From Convolutriloba macropyga (Eukaryota): a stretch of 64,000 nucleotides of DNA. A program made the translations under genes and the position numbers. Of this stretch, positions 1 through 11,273 are shown piece by piece. The stretch lies in contig NC_134468.1 of NCBI RefSeq assembly GCF_964194025.1, positions 3,410,001-3,474,000 of the forward strand, written 5' to 3'. Under the pieces are notes generated by a model. The model was not told the DNA's origin, did no database searches, and saw only the letters and a program-made list of their open reading frames with translations. The stretch's first letter is position 1; every line of letters begins with the position of its first letter.

Positions 1-630
1 AGATCTTGCAGGTCTTGGCCGCATGAATTAAGCTTCGTTTCACTGGGTTTGCAGTAACTCTCGACGAGTGCAGATTTTCTCACTGACTTCATAAGATTAA
101 CCTAACCTAAAAATCAATTACACATCAAAAATGTAGAAAAACTCCAAAAAAACCGTTCTCCATTACAGCCTCATCCCTCAAACTTGATTTGTGGGACCAG
201 AGCTAAAAACCTCTCTTACTGTAAATAAACTGTCATTGGGAAGCTTTTTAGGAAGTTTCAGTTCTCGTAGGGGCCATTATTTTAACCCCCCCCCCGTCAT
301 TTAAACCCGATTTAATAACTCCTGTCTGCGATCCACCTGGGTTGCCCATCATACAACTTTCCTTGATTTCATACAAGGTCATATATGATTTCCCCGTAAT
401 CATACAAGTTTCATACAAAAAATTAATAATTAAAAATTAATAATAATAGTTGTAAACTACTCTAATCGTAACAGCTATAACGCTCAATCGATAAAAAATA
501 CACCAGAGTAACCCAACAATGAGTTCTTGAGATTCATTTTCCCCGGTAATCATACAAAGTCAAGATCTATAAGAACGTATGTCGGTTCTGGAACCCTTGT
601 CTAGGGAACCTAGTCATACTGGTGCTTTCT

Positions 631-1022
631 AGGACAATAGATCGAAAAAATACAGATCGAAAGCAGAAATTGGGACAATAGATCGAAAATTTAATTGTTT
701 AAGTTGCGTTTTGGCCAATCAGATTTGAGCGCTCATTTATTATACAGCATATAATACAGTCGACGACGGTACGTTCTGTTGTGATATTTGTTCGGTTGTG
801 ATAGATTCATATCAAGTCCCACGGGCCGCTAAGGCATGGCAATGGCTCGCGAGGCATGGCCAGAATGTGGTAAATATATTGCAGCTCGCAGATAATGCTC
901 AATTTCAACCAATAAGAATAGAGATTGATTTCCGATCTATTGTCCCGATTTTTCTGTTTTCGATCTGTTGTCCTTTCGATCTATTGTCCGGTCGGGTCGA
1001 TCTATTGTCGATCTATTGTCCG
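631..1022. mobile_element. Foldback/MITE-like element with inverted arms built from tandem GGACAATAGATCGA motifs
   Basis: ggacaatagatcgaaa at 631-690 (2-3 copies) is mirrored by 4-5 copies of cgatctattgtcc at ~930-1022; exact termini and TSD not resolved. Confidence 0.55.
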
Positions 1023-1071
1023 TGGGTTTTTTTTCCAAAACCCGTCCGGTCACCAGTCATACTCTACTTAC

Positions 1072-1285
1072 TGTAAACTAGCGTCCTGACAGATGTTCTT
1101 TTGACTTTTGAGTGAGGGTAGAGTAGAGTGGGACATCCTACTATGCTGTATTTGTCATAGTGGTCTCCCACTAACAGTCTGTAGGCCAGAGTCCAGTTGA
1201 ATGCCTTGCCACACTTGTAGCAGAAGTCTGTCTTGCACCGTGAACACTTCATGTGTGTACAGCCACCGTCTCTCTGAATGTGGAT
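1072..1285 (-). CDS. RNF217: Internal exon of an RNF217-like RBR E3 ubiquitin ligase (RING2/Rcat domain)
   Basis: Translates IHIQRDGGCTHMKCSRCKTDFCYKCGKAF...GDHYDKYSIVGCPTLLYP, matching the RBR RING2 motif (GCxHMxCxxCxxxFCYxC) and the RNF217-type GDH..LSIFGC segment; acceptor ataatttag at 1286-1287, donor GTAAGT at 1071-1066. Confidence 0.8.
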
Positions 1286-1547
1286 CTAAATTATCAACAC
1301 ACAAACTTCAACATTGATTGCTTCTGCGGACCTAACTCCAAGTAGGATCAATTCTGTTTTGCCCCCCCCCAGTGTTTTTTACGCCCCCATGTACAAATTA
1401 CATGATGTAATGTACCACGTTACTATGTAAAAAAATCACGTGCGCTTGGGGGCGTAAAAGACGGTGGTGGTCAAGCAAGCCGATAGACAAGCAAGCCGAA
1501 TTTTGAAAATGACGTCAAGTAAGCCGAAAAATTTTGGGATACCGGTT

Positions 1548-1760
1548 TTTAATTGCTCTTGAACGAAGTGCATAGCAATTATTGTAAACGTGTGTGTCTT
1601 TTTACGACTCGAAGAGGAGTATTGAGATTCTACAGGTTTTTACGACTCGAAGAGGAGTAAGGATATTGTACAGGTTTTTTTTTAGCAGAAAGCAAGTTTG
1701 TTCATGACTTGAATTTTGACTTCTTTCTATTCCAGCTTTTACCTCCGTTTTTGATTGTTG
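1548..1760 (+). mobile_element. HINE/DINE-1-like element 5' end (plus orientation)
   Basis: ttaattgctcttgaacgaagtgcatagcaatt is the 5' subTIR plus partial IR also seen at 50932-50963; the internal ttttacgactcgaagaggagta (duplicated here) recurs inverted at ~13160-13185. Confidence 0.55.
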
Positions 1761-1885
1761 ACTTCTGTTTTCGAACATTGGAGTTTAACAATAGCTTAGT
1801 TTGTAATGTATAGCAATTGGTAACAAACTGTAATTCAAGGTGAAGAGGTCAATTTGAGAAAATTTGATCCCATTTAACTACCTAC

Positions 1886-2085
1886 NNNNNNNNNNNNNNN
1901 NNNNNNNNNNNNNNNNNNNNNNNNNNNNNNNNNNNNNNNNNNNNNNNNNNNNNNNNNNNNNNNNNNNNNNNNNNNNNNNNNNNNNNNNNNNNNNNNNNNN
2001 NNNNNNNNNNNNNNNNNNNNNNNNNNNNNNNNNNNNNNNNNNNNNNNNNNNNNNNNNNNNNNNNNNNNNNNNNNNNNNNNNNNNN
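1886..2085. other. Assembly gap (200 N)
   Basis: Run of N. Confidence 1.
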
Positions 2086-2087
2086 CG

Positions 2088-2219
2088 GTTAATCTAAAAC
2101 GGAAAAGTTCATCAACAAACATCAGTCGTCCGTCAAACCACACAAAACGCAGTCGCACTCTCTCACCATCATCAACATCAACCTCAGACATTCTTGCAAA
2201 TCTCAAATTCGCCCAATGA
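2088..2219 (+). CDS. C-terminal fragment of a basic, Ser/Arg/Lys-rich Polinton core-like ORF upstream of the MCP
   Basis: Open frame VNLKRKSSSTNISRPSNHTKRSRTLSPSSTSTSDILANLKFAQ* whose TGA overlaps the MCP ATG (caATGAg); basic tail with a DI(F/L) motif resembles the ORF that precedes the capsid gene in Polintons. Confidence 0.45.
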   Translation, partial: VNLKRKSSSTNISRPSNHTKRSRTLSPSSTSTSDILANLKFAQ

Positions 2220-2227
2220 GTGGAAGC

Positions 2228-2288
<61 letters not shown>

Positions 2289-3608
2289 TGTTCAAAAGCA
2301 GTGCCGCCGACATAGCAAATCCGGTAACACACACACTGCACTTGATTTCTTTGAAAAACCAAGTGTTCTAGTCAATTACGAGAGCGCTTTTGACCAGGAT
2401 GTGTTCCCTCAGGTGGGAGCCAGTGGACCCACTTTAGATTTTGTAGTGAGCGGTGACAACCGAAATTGTATAGACCAAATTACATCCATTTGTCTCTAGT
2501 GGCTGCTATCTACGATGAAGAGGGTCGCACTAAAATCAAAGCAAGCGATGGAGTTGGAGTCATCTTTGTTAATAACGCAATGCACAGACTCTTTTCACAA
2601 GTTGAACTTTACTTGAACGGTTCCCTGATATCTGACAGCAACAACAAATATCATCATCGGGCCTTAATAGAAACGGAGCTCACAACAAACCAAGACAGCA
2701 AATCAACGTGGGCTGCCTGCCAGGGTTACGCGTATAATCCGGATCCTGACGATAAGCGAAAAACAACTGAGTGGTACGCAAACAGACTAAAGCAAACTCT
2801 CGCAGCAGACTATCGGATGAATTTTTATGGCACTCTCTACGTTGATTTTTTCACTTGCGAAAGGCTTCTGCCGGAAGTCAATATGCGGATTAAGCTCTGT
2901 CGTTCCAGTAGCGAATTCAGTCTCATGGGCCTGGGAGATGACGCCAAAAATAAATTCACCGCAGTTGTCGAGAAGGCGTCAATATTTGTGCGCAAAGTCA
3001 CGCTAACAGAATCTGTTAAACTTTCGATAGAAAGAGCATTGTTGAAAGCACCGGCCCGGTATCCATACATTGAGAGCCATTGCAAGAGCTTTATTATACG
3101 ATCTGGACAGAACAGTTTTGTGAAGGAATCTATTTTTGGTACCGAACCTATTCGAAGGCTAACTGTTTGTATGATAGCCAACGCAAAATTCAGAGGTTCT
3201 TTGGCCACTGATCCTTTTCATTACATCAAATTTGGTTTAACACGCGTAGAAATCAGTCGGGGTAACGGGCTACCGATTGCCGGCACACCTGTAGACACTC
3301 GAAACAATACACGACTATATCACAACACACTAACAGCTCTGGGCTTTAAAAACGGAGGAAACGGGATTGAACTTGATGATTTTGATGACCATTTTATGTT
3401 GACATTTGATTCGACATCCTCGCAAGAGGCATCGAAGAGCCTGACACTTTTCCCCGAACTTACAGGGGCACCAATAACTTTGAAACTTTCATTGAATCCA
3501 GCACTTCCTGAAGCAGTTGAGCTTTACCTAATTAGAGAAAAATTTAGTCAAGTGTTTGTCAATAGTGCCCGCGACGTCTGCAAGAATCAATTAATTTTCA
3601 ATGGATAA
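2216..3608 (+). pseudogene. Polinton major capsid protein (PY / double jelly-roll hexon-like), frameshifted
   Basis: Reconstructed MSGS(N)n-VFKSSAADIANPV/THTALDFFEKP...GPTLDFVVSGDNRNCID/NYIHLSL...FVNNAMHRLFSQVELYLNG...Y..LIETEL...KASIFVRKV...ARYP; matches PY motifs (LDLF..P, GPIEF, NN.LHSLFSQV, A.L.VRKV); frameshifts at the (AC)n run ~2330 and a 1-nt deletion ~2476. Confidence 0.85.
2227..2286 (+). repeat. (CAA/AAC)n microsatellite, ~20 units
   Basis: Pure trinucleotide run; poly-Asn in the frame of ATG 2216. Confidence 0.95.
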
Positions 3609-4244
3609 CTACTCAATTACTAATGTTGTTAGCAAATTTAAAGAGCTAAAATTTGTTTTTCGAGGAGTTTGGTCGTCTGATAATTTTCCTATTTTGCCCC
3701 GAAACCGACCTTCTTTTCAAGTAATAAACACATCTAGAGCTAATACACTTGGCACACATTGGATTTTACTTATTGCATTACCATCTAGGCTGGCTTTATC
3801 TAACAAGTCTTACAGGGGCAGCCGGAAAACCGGAAAAAAACACAGTCCAAGAGAAAGAAAATGCAGATGCTCAATATTATAATTTGGAACAGTTTGAATA
3901 TACCTTTAAGCTTCTTTGATTATCTACATTCTCGAATACAAAGCTTGTACATTAATACTCATGTGTTCATTTTGCACGAAATGACATCAGAACCCTCAGT
4001 ACAATCTCTATCTTCTAATTTATGTGGTCTTTACTGTATATATGTAGCAACGCTCTTTTTCAGAAATTTTGGTCAATGCCCAATGAAAAAAAGTGAAACG
4101 CATAAAGACATTGAGAGCTTTATTACTGGTTTTCGTGCAAAATGTGTTGATATTCTTAAACAAGTTCGCCAAGTCAATGAGACTAGCTTAGTTCAATTTT
4201 TTAACTGCAGGTCCATTAGTAACTACAAATTACGTGTCGAATGA
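3601..4244 (+). pseudogene. Adenain-like (Polinton PRO) cysteine protease, split by a frameshift
   Basis: FRGVWSSDNFP...VINTS....GTHW (catalytic His), IIWNSL (FDS motif with D>N), VQSLSSNLCGLYC (oxyanion Gln and catalytic Cys); frameshift in the A-run ~3834-3840 joins ORFs 3601-3882 and 3861-4244. Confidence 0.85.
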
Positions 4245-4492
4245 TTTGTACGATTCTTCATTTGTTGTAACAAAACAAACCATTAGCAATGTCTTCATTT
4301 TACATTGGTTACAGTGTATTTAATGCTTTTTAATTATAGGTACAATTGAATCGTTGAAAGTCTGTTTTTTTCATCAAAAAATGAAGTGTCTGAGGAAAAC
4401 TGAAGGTAAATTAGAGTTTGATTAAACCCACGAGTAATCAGATTCAGGCGTACTCTTGGATAAACCAGCTACTCATATTGGTTGGGACTGAT

Positions 4493-7400
4493 TCAGTAAT
4501 TTTCTTCATGATAATCATCATCTTCTTCATCATCCACTTCCATCGCCTCGTCATCAATGTAGGGATTCTTTTGCCTCAATTCTTTTCTCTCCTGATAGAT
4601 TACACGGCTCCCCAATTCATTAAGATGAACGATATCACTACTTTCCCAAGGTCTTGCAGATGTGAAGAATTCAATAAAGAGCGACCATTCAGGGAAACCT
4701 CTGATAGACCGTCCGAAGAATCGTAGCTCTCCCCACCAGCGCTTCCATTTTCTTCATCTGAACTTGATGACGATGATGACGTGTCGTCTCCATCGTTCAC
4801 AAAGCTTTCATTTTCTTCATCGACTGCTCGGTTCTGCTCAAGCCAAAAGTGTCCGTGAGGCAGGGTGGTGATTCCATCGCTCAGAATGAAACGCTTATCA
4901 TCAAAGCTATTAAGGGCTACCTTGTTTGTCATAGAGATCTGGATCTGATGGTTCTCTGCGTGTATCCGTGTAATAGGTGCCCGCTGACTTGACTTCTCAA
5001 AAAGACAACTGCGGTATTTATCGTGATGGAGACTTTTTTTGACACTACGTTGAACGCCTTTTGCACTCTGCTTCACTCCATCCACATATTTAATGCTGTA
5101 CATCTTTGATCTCAGCAAAACGCATTCTTCCAAGACTTGCCCATTCAATTCGTCTGTCATAGTGAGTGGAACCTTTTTGTTCGTTGAATCATACAAAACG
5201 TGGTCTGATGGATAATCCGAAAGATCAAGCAGGTGCTTAAATTGCGCCATATCTTCGTAGAGATCATTCGTTTCAACCCGATAAAGTACAGAGTCGGTGT
5301 CCTTGTAAACAACTAGTATTCGATTACCGTATCTCGGCCTCATTCGATCATAGTCGAAACCATAGCGCGCCAATTTGGATAGATCTAAAATTGCTGCACC
5401 AACAGGAGTTGGTTTGTCCCACGTTATGACTGGTTCCGACATAAAAACCGAACATAAGTTCTCACTAATAATTTTGAACGACTTGAAATTTGGTTTTGAT
5501 GTCAGCTGTTCGGCTTTTCTTTCTGTTCCCACAAAATAAATTTGCCTACGATTGCGTTTGTTCTCCATTGTCTTTCCAAAACAGGCATTGGACATTAGCT
5601 TGTAGAAGTTTTTCTCAAATGTGGTTTTAGCTTGCTTCCTCATAACTGTGTTCTTTTCGATGTACGAACGTAGCCACTCAGATTGTTTGAAGCGAAGAGC
5701 TCGATGAATTTTCTTAATGATGAGGCCGTGCCGGACATAGAATTTCAAGTTGTTGATGTGACAAACATAGTGATTCTTATCAAACAGAGTTTCAACCAAC
5801 TTTGGAACCTGCTCAGATCGAGACCTATTCAGATTTAGTTGAGAGCTGTATGATGACAGCCAGTCGGTTTGAATACAAAGTTTTTCAGGTGCTAGAGGGA
5901 GATCTTGATGCGGAATATGCATGGATGCTGGATATTCTAAATCCACCTCAACAAAGTAAGCGTAGTCGTCATCTTCTCGGTATTTTAAAAGATCACTCTC
6001 GGAAATAGATTCAACCCAAGTACATTCACATAGAGGCAGGGATTTCATCATTATTCCAGCATAGAGAGACGTAACATCAAAGAAAGCTCCAAAAACTGAT
6101 GTCTCATCTTCATTAAAAGTATTCAAGTACTTGTTGTTTGCTTTGAAAAACCGCAAAGAGCCAACACCGTTCAAACCCCCTCTTATTGCTTTCTCACAAA
6201 ACAAGAGTTTCTCAATGTCATCAAGCAGCTCAATTTTCACTTTTGTTGTGATGAGCATTGCGTCCCAGCTGAGATTAGGTGCACTGTAGAAATGAGCAGG
6301 ATCTAGTTGGTACACTTTCATACAAACATCTCTGAACTTTTCAAAAACGTCAGCGAGAACAAAAACATCAATTTTAAGATATGCATCGTGATAGTCTCCA
6401 AAATCATTACAATCCAATAACTCATAAATTTGCATCGCTTCGTTATATTGCTGCTCTGAAATATCAATTTTGCCGGTTAGGGTGTTTCTCCACTCCATGC
6501 CAAATACAGGAAATGGGGCGTTGAATTTTTCGTGGCTGTCGAGGTAGCTATATGGGAAGTACGCTTTTTTCGCAATTTTTCTAAAATCATTGTCATTGAG
6601 ATGTTGAAACCCTGAGCGTAGTATTCGAAGATCTTCTTCTTCAAGAGTTTTACTGAGCGCGTCAAGGCTGGAAGCCATAAAGTTCATGCTGTCGAGAAAC
6701 CGTAGTTCATGTTTAATTGTTTTTTCTTTACCACGTTTGTCAAAATACGTTCGGATCGGAACCTTGATGGAGAAAGAAATAAACGTTTCTTCGGTGCGAG
6801 CTATCGCCGAAAGTTCTTCTTTGTCTTCAAGCGTCAAGTGTTTAATTATGTGATGCGAGTCGTAACGAGAAAAGTTGTGGAAAAAAATAGGAACAAAAGA
6901 ACCAGCAGTAACCATTAGGTTACATTTCGAGTGCGCTACACCTATAATTTTTCCCGTTAAATGACAGTGATGCACCACTTGGACCTCAACATCGTCGTCT
7001 GGAGAGAATTCATTTTCACAAATGCAACACGGTTCTGCCCAATTGTCAATCATTAACTGTCTTGCTATATCGGTCATCTCTAGCTTTCGATGCCGTTGTC
7101 GCTCTTCCGCTTTCCACCTCAACCAATGCCTCATTGTGTCCAAGAACTGTTTGATGCAATTTTCTCCTCTGTAAAACGTTTCCTTTGCAACTTTACCATC
7201 TCGAGCGTCAACCAGAACGGCTCCAAAACTGCACGGATATTGTTGTTCAATTACATGCGTAGCCGCAGCACCACTGTTGAGAGCACCGTGCTGGTAATTA
7301 GAAAGTACATCCTCGCAGTCATCTGTTTTAACATTGAACGCTTCGAGGTCGGCGTAAATTACAAATGGACATTTTGGTGTTTTGTGCCAGCTTGTAAACT

Positions 7401-8801
7401 CAGTGACGGCTCCTTTAGGTGGCATCTCAATCATTAGGGGTTGTTGGTCAAGGCAAAGCTGTCGGTGCTGTTGCATTTTTGTTCGCGCAACACTCTGCAG
7501 ACATCGCTCACAAAATTTTCTGAGACTGTTTTTAGAACTAGCTGTTCTCTCAGACCGCAGAATTGTCTTCAAAAGCCTGTCTAGATTTTTTATTAAACAA
7601 AAATGAGACTTTTTGTCGTCATTCAAAAGCAGAAGATTGATTGGTTTTCCTCCCCCTTTGATCTTTGTGAGATATGCTGGGTAAATAGTGCGAGGTTCTT
7701 CAAAAGCGTAAACGTTAATTTTCACTCTATTCTCTTTTTCAAAACGCGGTATTTGGCTGAGGGGCATTGGCATACGCTCTTTGTTGAACCTCAATTTTTT
7801 CAAATGACGAGTACATCTTTTCGGCCGTTCTTGATTGTTACGCAATGGAAATAGAGCCACCAGTACGCAATAAATGAAACAGAGACCATCTGCAAAATTT
7901 TTGATATTAAGAACAGTCCTTCGGAGAGGCTGAAGCAGCCTTGGTGTTGGAATAAAGCTAGCAGGACGCAGAGGTCGATAATTGCATAGCTTTATGTCAA
8001 TCAGTTGGAGCCTCCTAATAACCCATCCGCTCCCAGCTGTGCAAAATATTGATTTGCGTCAAAACTTGGTCAACATGCTGATAGTATTGATCAGAGTCCA
8101 AATGAGGTGAGACATTTTCCATGTTACTATTAAAAAAAACAAGACGTTTTGTCACCTTTAAGCGGCTTTTCGAACTCAATTTGAAGACAGAGTGAGAATT
8201 TCATAGGGTCAGAGGTCATCTTTGACTTCACAAATTCGCAAAACGCACTTTCATTTGTCACCAAAAATTCGAAGAGATCATAATTCTCCTCGTCGTTGAT
8301 AGCAAATCGAAACGTGCGGAAAAAACCTTTCACCGATCTCTTTTCATTGTGCAAATGACTTATTCCTAATGTCCTTGATTCGGTCGCTGGTTGTTGTCTG
8401 ACATTATGATTAACAAGTGAATATTCCCCCAACGCGTTTTGTGTGCCGAAAAAGCTCTGACAGCTCGATCATTTCAAGTATCGTGCAAAATTATGCTGCG
8501 TCTTTAGATGTCGCACTAAGTTACGAGCTAAGGAAAACACGCTTGTACAATGCCCGCAACAAAAATTTGTTGTTGGTTCGTTGGGATGCTGTTGACGTTT
8601 ATGAATAGTGAGTTTATAACGACTTGCAAAGGATTCATTACAATTTGTGCGTTTGTGCATCATATTGGAACAGTAGGTGGCCTGAAACAACCAAAATTTT
8701 AAGTTGAAGATAAGCATTCGTAACTTTAGACGGATTTTTTTAAAAAAATTATAAAGATGTAAAATACTGCCATCACTAGAATTTAGTCTATTATGGCTCA
8801 A
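4493..8801 (-). pseudogene. Protein-primed family B DNA polymerase with N-terminal C2H2 fingers and an inserted endonuclease VII-like domain
   Basis: 1086-aa ORF 4600-7860 with ExoI (IYADLEA), ExoII (FFHNFSRYD), ExoIII (YLKIDVFVL), PolA (FDVTSLY), PolB (KLMSNACFGK), PolC (YKDTDS) and CCIC..HHCHLTG...AHSKCNL; the same frame continues upstream (GSGWVIRR...SFIPTP...LNIKN..DGLCFIYCVL); frameshifts ~8045 and ~8135; TGA at 8469-8471 in finger 2; probable shift ~4640 to an acidic tail ending at 4493. Confidence 0.92.
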
Positions 8802-9855
8802 CGTCCGATGTGGACCTAATTTCTGAGCTAAGAGCAGTCACTGTCACTTCTCACAGGTAAATGACAACAGCCAGAGGACTTCTAAATTCATTGGATGGAC
8901 TCGTGCCAAGACACTAGGAGACATTCATCTCGAAAATCAAAACGGGTAAAAGAATACATCGCGCTTAGCCTGGCTGCTCCCTAAGCGAAATGGTTTCCAA
9001 ACCTGATTAACGAAATGGATGTCTTCCTGCCACTACTTTTAAATTGACGTCCAAAATGCTTGTCACAGGGAATTTGGCCCTAACTGAAGTTGAACGTCAA
9101 TCCTATCTGTAAGCGGCGGTCTTTAGAACTTTCTCTTTTTCAAATTTTACCTCATTCTTTTTTCCGTATTCAACTTTGTTTACATCAAACGTACCGTATC
9201 AATTTATTTCAAGGGAGAAATTTTATCACTTTAAAGTCTAGTTTGAAAGTCTTTCCTTGATAGATATCCCTCCAAAATGGCTATGCTTGGACTTTTTTGC
9301 TTCCATCTGTTATTTCAGATAAAACCACTGGGTTTTCCAAGCATGAACAAAGCCCTATTTTGTTAGATAATGCCTTTAGTTCAAACAGATGTTAAGAAAT
9401 TTAATCATTTCAGTAATTTTTCCTGTGTAATAATATCGTTTTCCACAAGTTTCTAGCGTTTATTAATTGAAAATCAAAGTTTTCCAGGCGTGAACGGCAT
9501 TACAAATTAGTAGATATTGTCACCTGCGGTTTACACAACAAATAGATTAGCATTATAAACTGCGCTTTAACCAGCCACACCAAAATCTAACAAATTTATT
9601 TTGTTTTAAGTACTTGCAATTTTATAGTAAAATAAGTTAAATTTCAATTCAAAATTGAACTCATAGAGAATGTTTAAATCGTTTGTAGACATTTGTTGTG
9701 GCTTTGTGTGGCACAGCAAAGTATTAGGCTTGATTTCGAGTCATTTGGTGCTCGAAAGACAAAATTTCAAAATGAGTCAAAAAGTGGGCGACAGACCCCC
9801 CATTTCTTACTACTAAGGTGCATCACTGATAACATTTCTGGGTGCAAAAAAATGA

Positions 9856-9923
9856 CAACGCAGAGGTTCGAACTCCAATTCACGGCTTAAGAGCCCGAAT
9901 TGTTAACCTCTCAGCTATCAGGC
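9856..9923 (-). pseudogene. tRNA-Lys(CTT)-like relic / tRNA-derived SINE head
   Basis: Minus strand reads GCCTGATAGCTGAGAGG...GGG CTCTTAA GCCG...GAGTTCGAACCTCTGCGTTG, with an A-box, a CTCTTAA anticodon loop and a B-box; stems imperfect. Confidence 0.5.
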
Positions 9924-11273
9924 TCTTGTCATCTCTTATCTTACAATCAATTTTGTTTTAGCAACAGACATAATTTCTAAAAGCCAGCAATTTAGGTCAC
10001 CCAAACAGCAAGAACGCAAGCGTGAAAAAATCACTCAAAACATAAAGCGAAAGAATATTCTAGAACAAATCTAAAATGAAAAAGAGCGTCAGACGAAATA
10101 AAAAATCCAAGAGATACGCTCAGCTTGCAGCTGCAAAAACAAGATAAACTGGTAAAACTCGCAAACTCGCAATTCATTCATTTTTGTGTAATCTAAAATC
10201 AACAATAATTGAAGGAGCCAAAAAAATAGCTATTTGCTAGAATTTTGAACTATCCAAATCATCCTTCACCGGGAACGCAAATGCCACTTTTATGAGTTCG
10301 ACTAATGGAACTTCATTAAAAACGTCATCAAAAACTTCATTAAATTAAGCTCTAACAGAACTGCACTGTAACATAAGGCCCCAGGTTTTAACAGTTTACT
10401 CTCTAACTGATGAACACTAAAATCGTTCAGAACCCAAATGAACAAAGATTTGAGTGAAAACGGCCAACAGGTCTATTTTGACTTGGCTGCGATGTATGAT
10501 AAAATATAAAATGCTAACGAAGGTAAACTGACTACCGTCGGACGAAAGGCAGGCCAGCGACGTGCCCTAATTAAGAAGTCCCTAATTATTAAGGGTGCCC
10601 CAATCAAAACATTTTGGTACAATTAAGAAAATTTTACGGGTTCAAAATTGCCGACCTATTTGGAGTTTGTACCCGCGGTCTCCGGACGAGATTGAGATGT
10701 TACCCACTCAGTTGTGTCGGCATTGAAACTTTGTGAAAATACCCAATTACTACCCTCGCTTTCAAATTTCTGAATGTGCGAAATTTACATTGCGCAAATT
10801 TCAATAAGTCAAGCGTGAAAATCTCACTCGAAAAATCAGACCACTCAAGCGAGGGAAAGAATGTTCTAGAACAAAAGCGCAAAAAACCAGTAAAAAAAAT
10901 TATACATAAAACACAGACGCTTAGATTACAAGAAACGACTAAAAGAGTCGTCCAATATCCGAGATATCAAGGAAAGCAAATTAATTGCCTAATAAAATTA
11001 TAGGACGTTTTTTTCTTAAAAATGCCGACGCAATTTACTATTTAATTGGTCAGTGTTGTTGGCGCGGAGAGGGGTTTCTGGTCGGGTGGGGGCAGTTTGT
11101 GCGATGAGTGGGGTAGGTAGGTTTGGAGTGCGCGGGGGGTAGGTTCTAGAGCTACGTAGTTTTTTTTTTGGGGGGGGGGGGGGGGAGGGTAGATAGTACG
11201 GTCGTGGGAGGTGTAAGTTGGGCCTGTTGGAAGGGTAGATAGGGAGAGACTGTTATACAATCAAAACTTCCCA

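Larger units (their letters stand above)
2086..8801. mobile_element. Polinton/Maverick (adintovirus-like) endogenous viral element, partial and decayed
   Basis: Clustered, intronless MCP, adenain protease and protein-primed PolB genes in Polinton-like convergent arrangement; left end cut by the gap; no integrase, ATPase or TIR seen. Confidence 0.9.

Noticed and set aside
2194-2499. Poly-Q protein ORF (and antisense poly-V ORF 1874-2362)
   Set aside because: Alternative-frame readings of a CAA microsatellite; the region is better explained as the frameshifted MCP N-terminus
4418-7854. Plus-strand ORFs overlapping pPolB (likewise antisense ORFs over the MCP and the two fusion genes)
   Set aside because: Antisense shadows of real coding sequence with no motifs
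9025-9040. ACTACT as the Polinton right terminus
   Set aside because: A single hexamer with no matching TIR or TSD visible; the left end is lost in the gap
9856-9923. Functional tRNA-Lys gene
   Set aside because: Acceptor, D and anticodon stems do not pair properly; kept only as a relic
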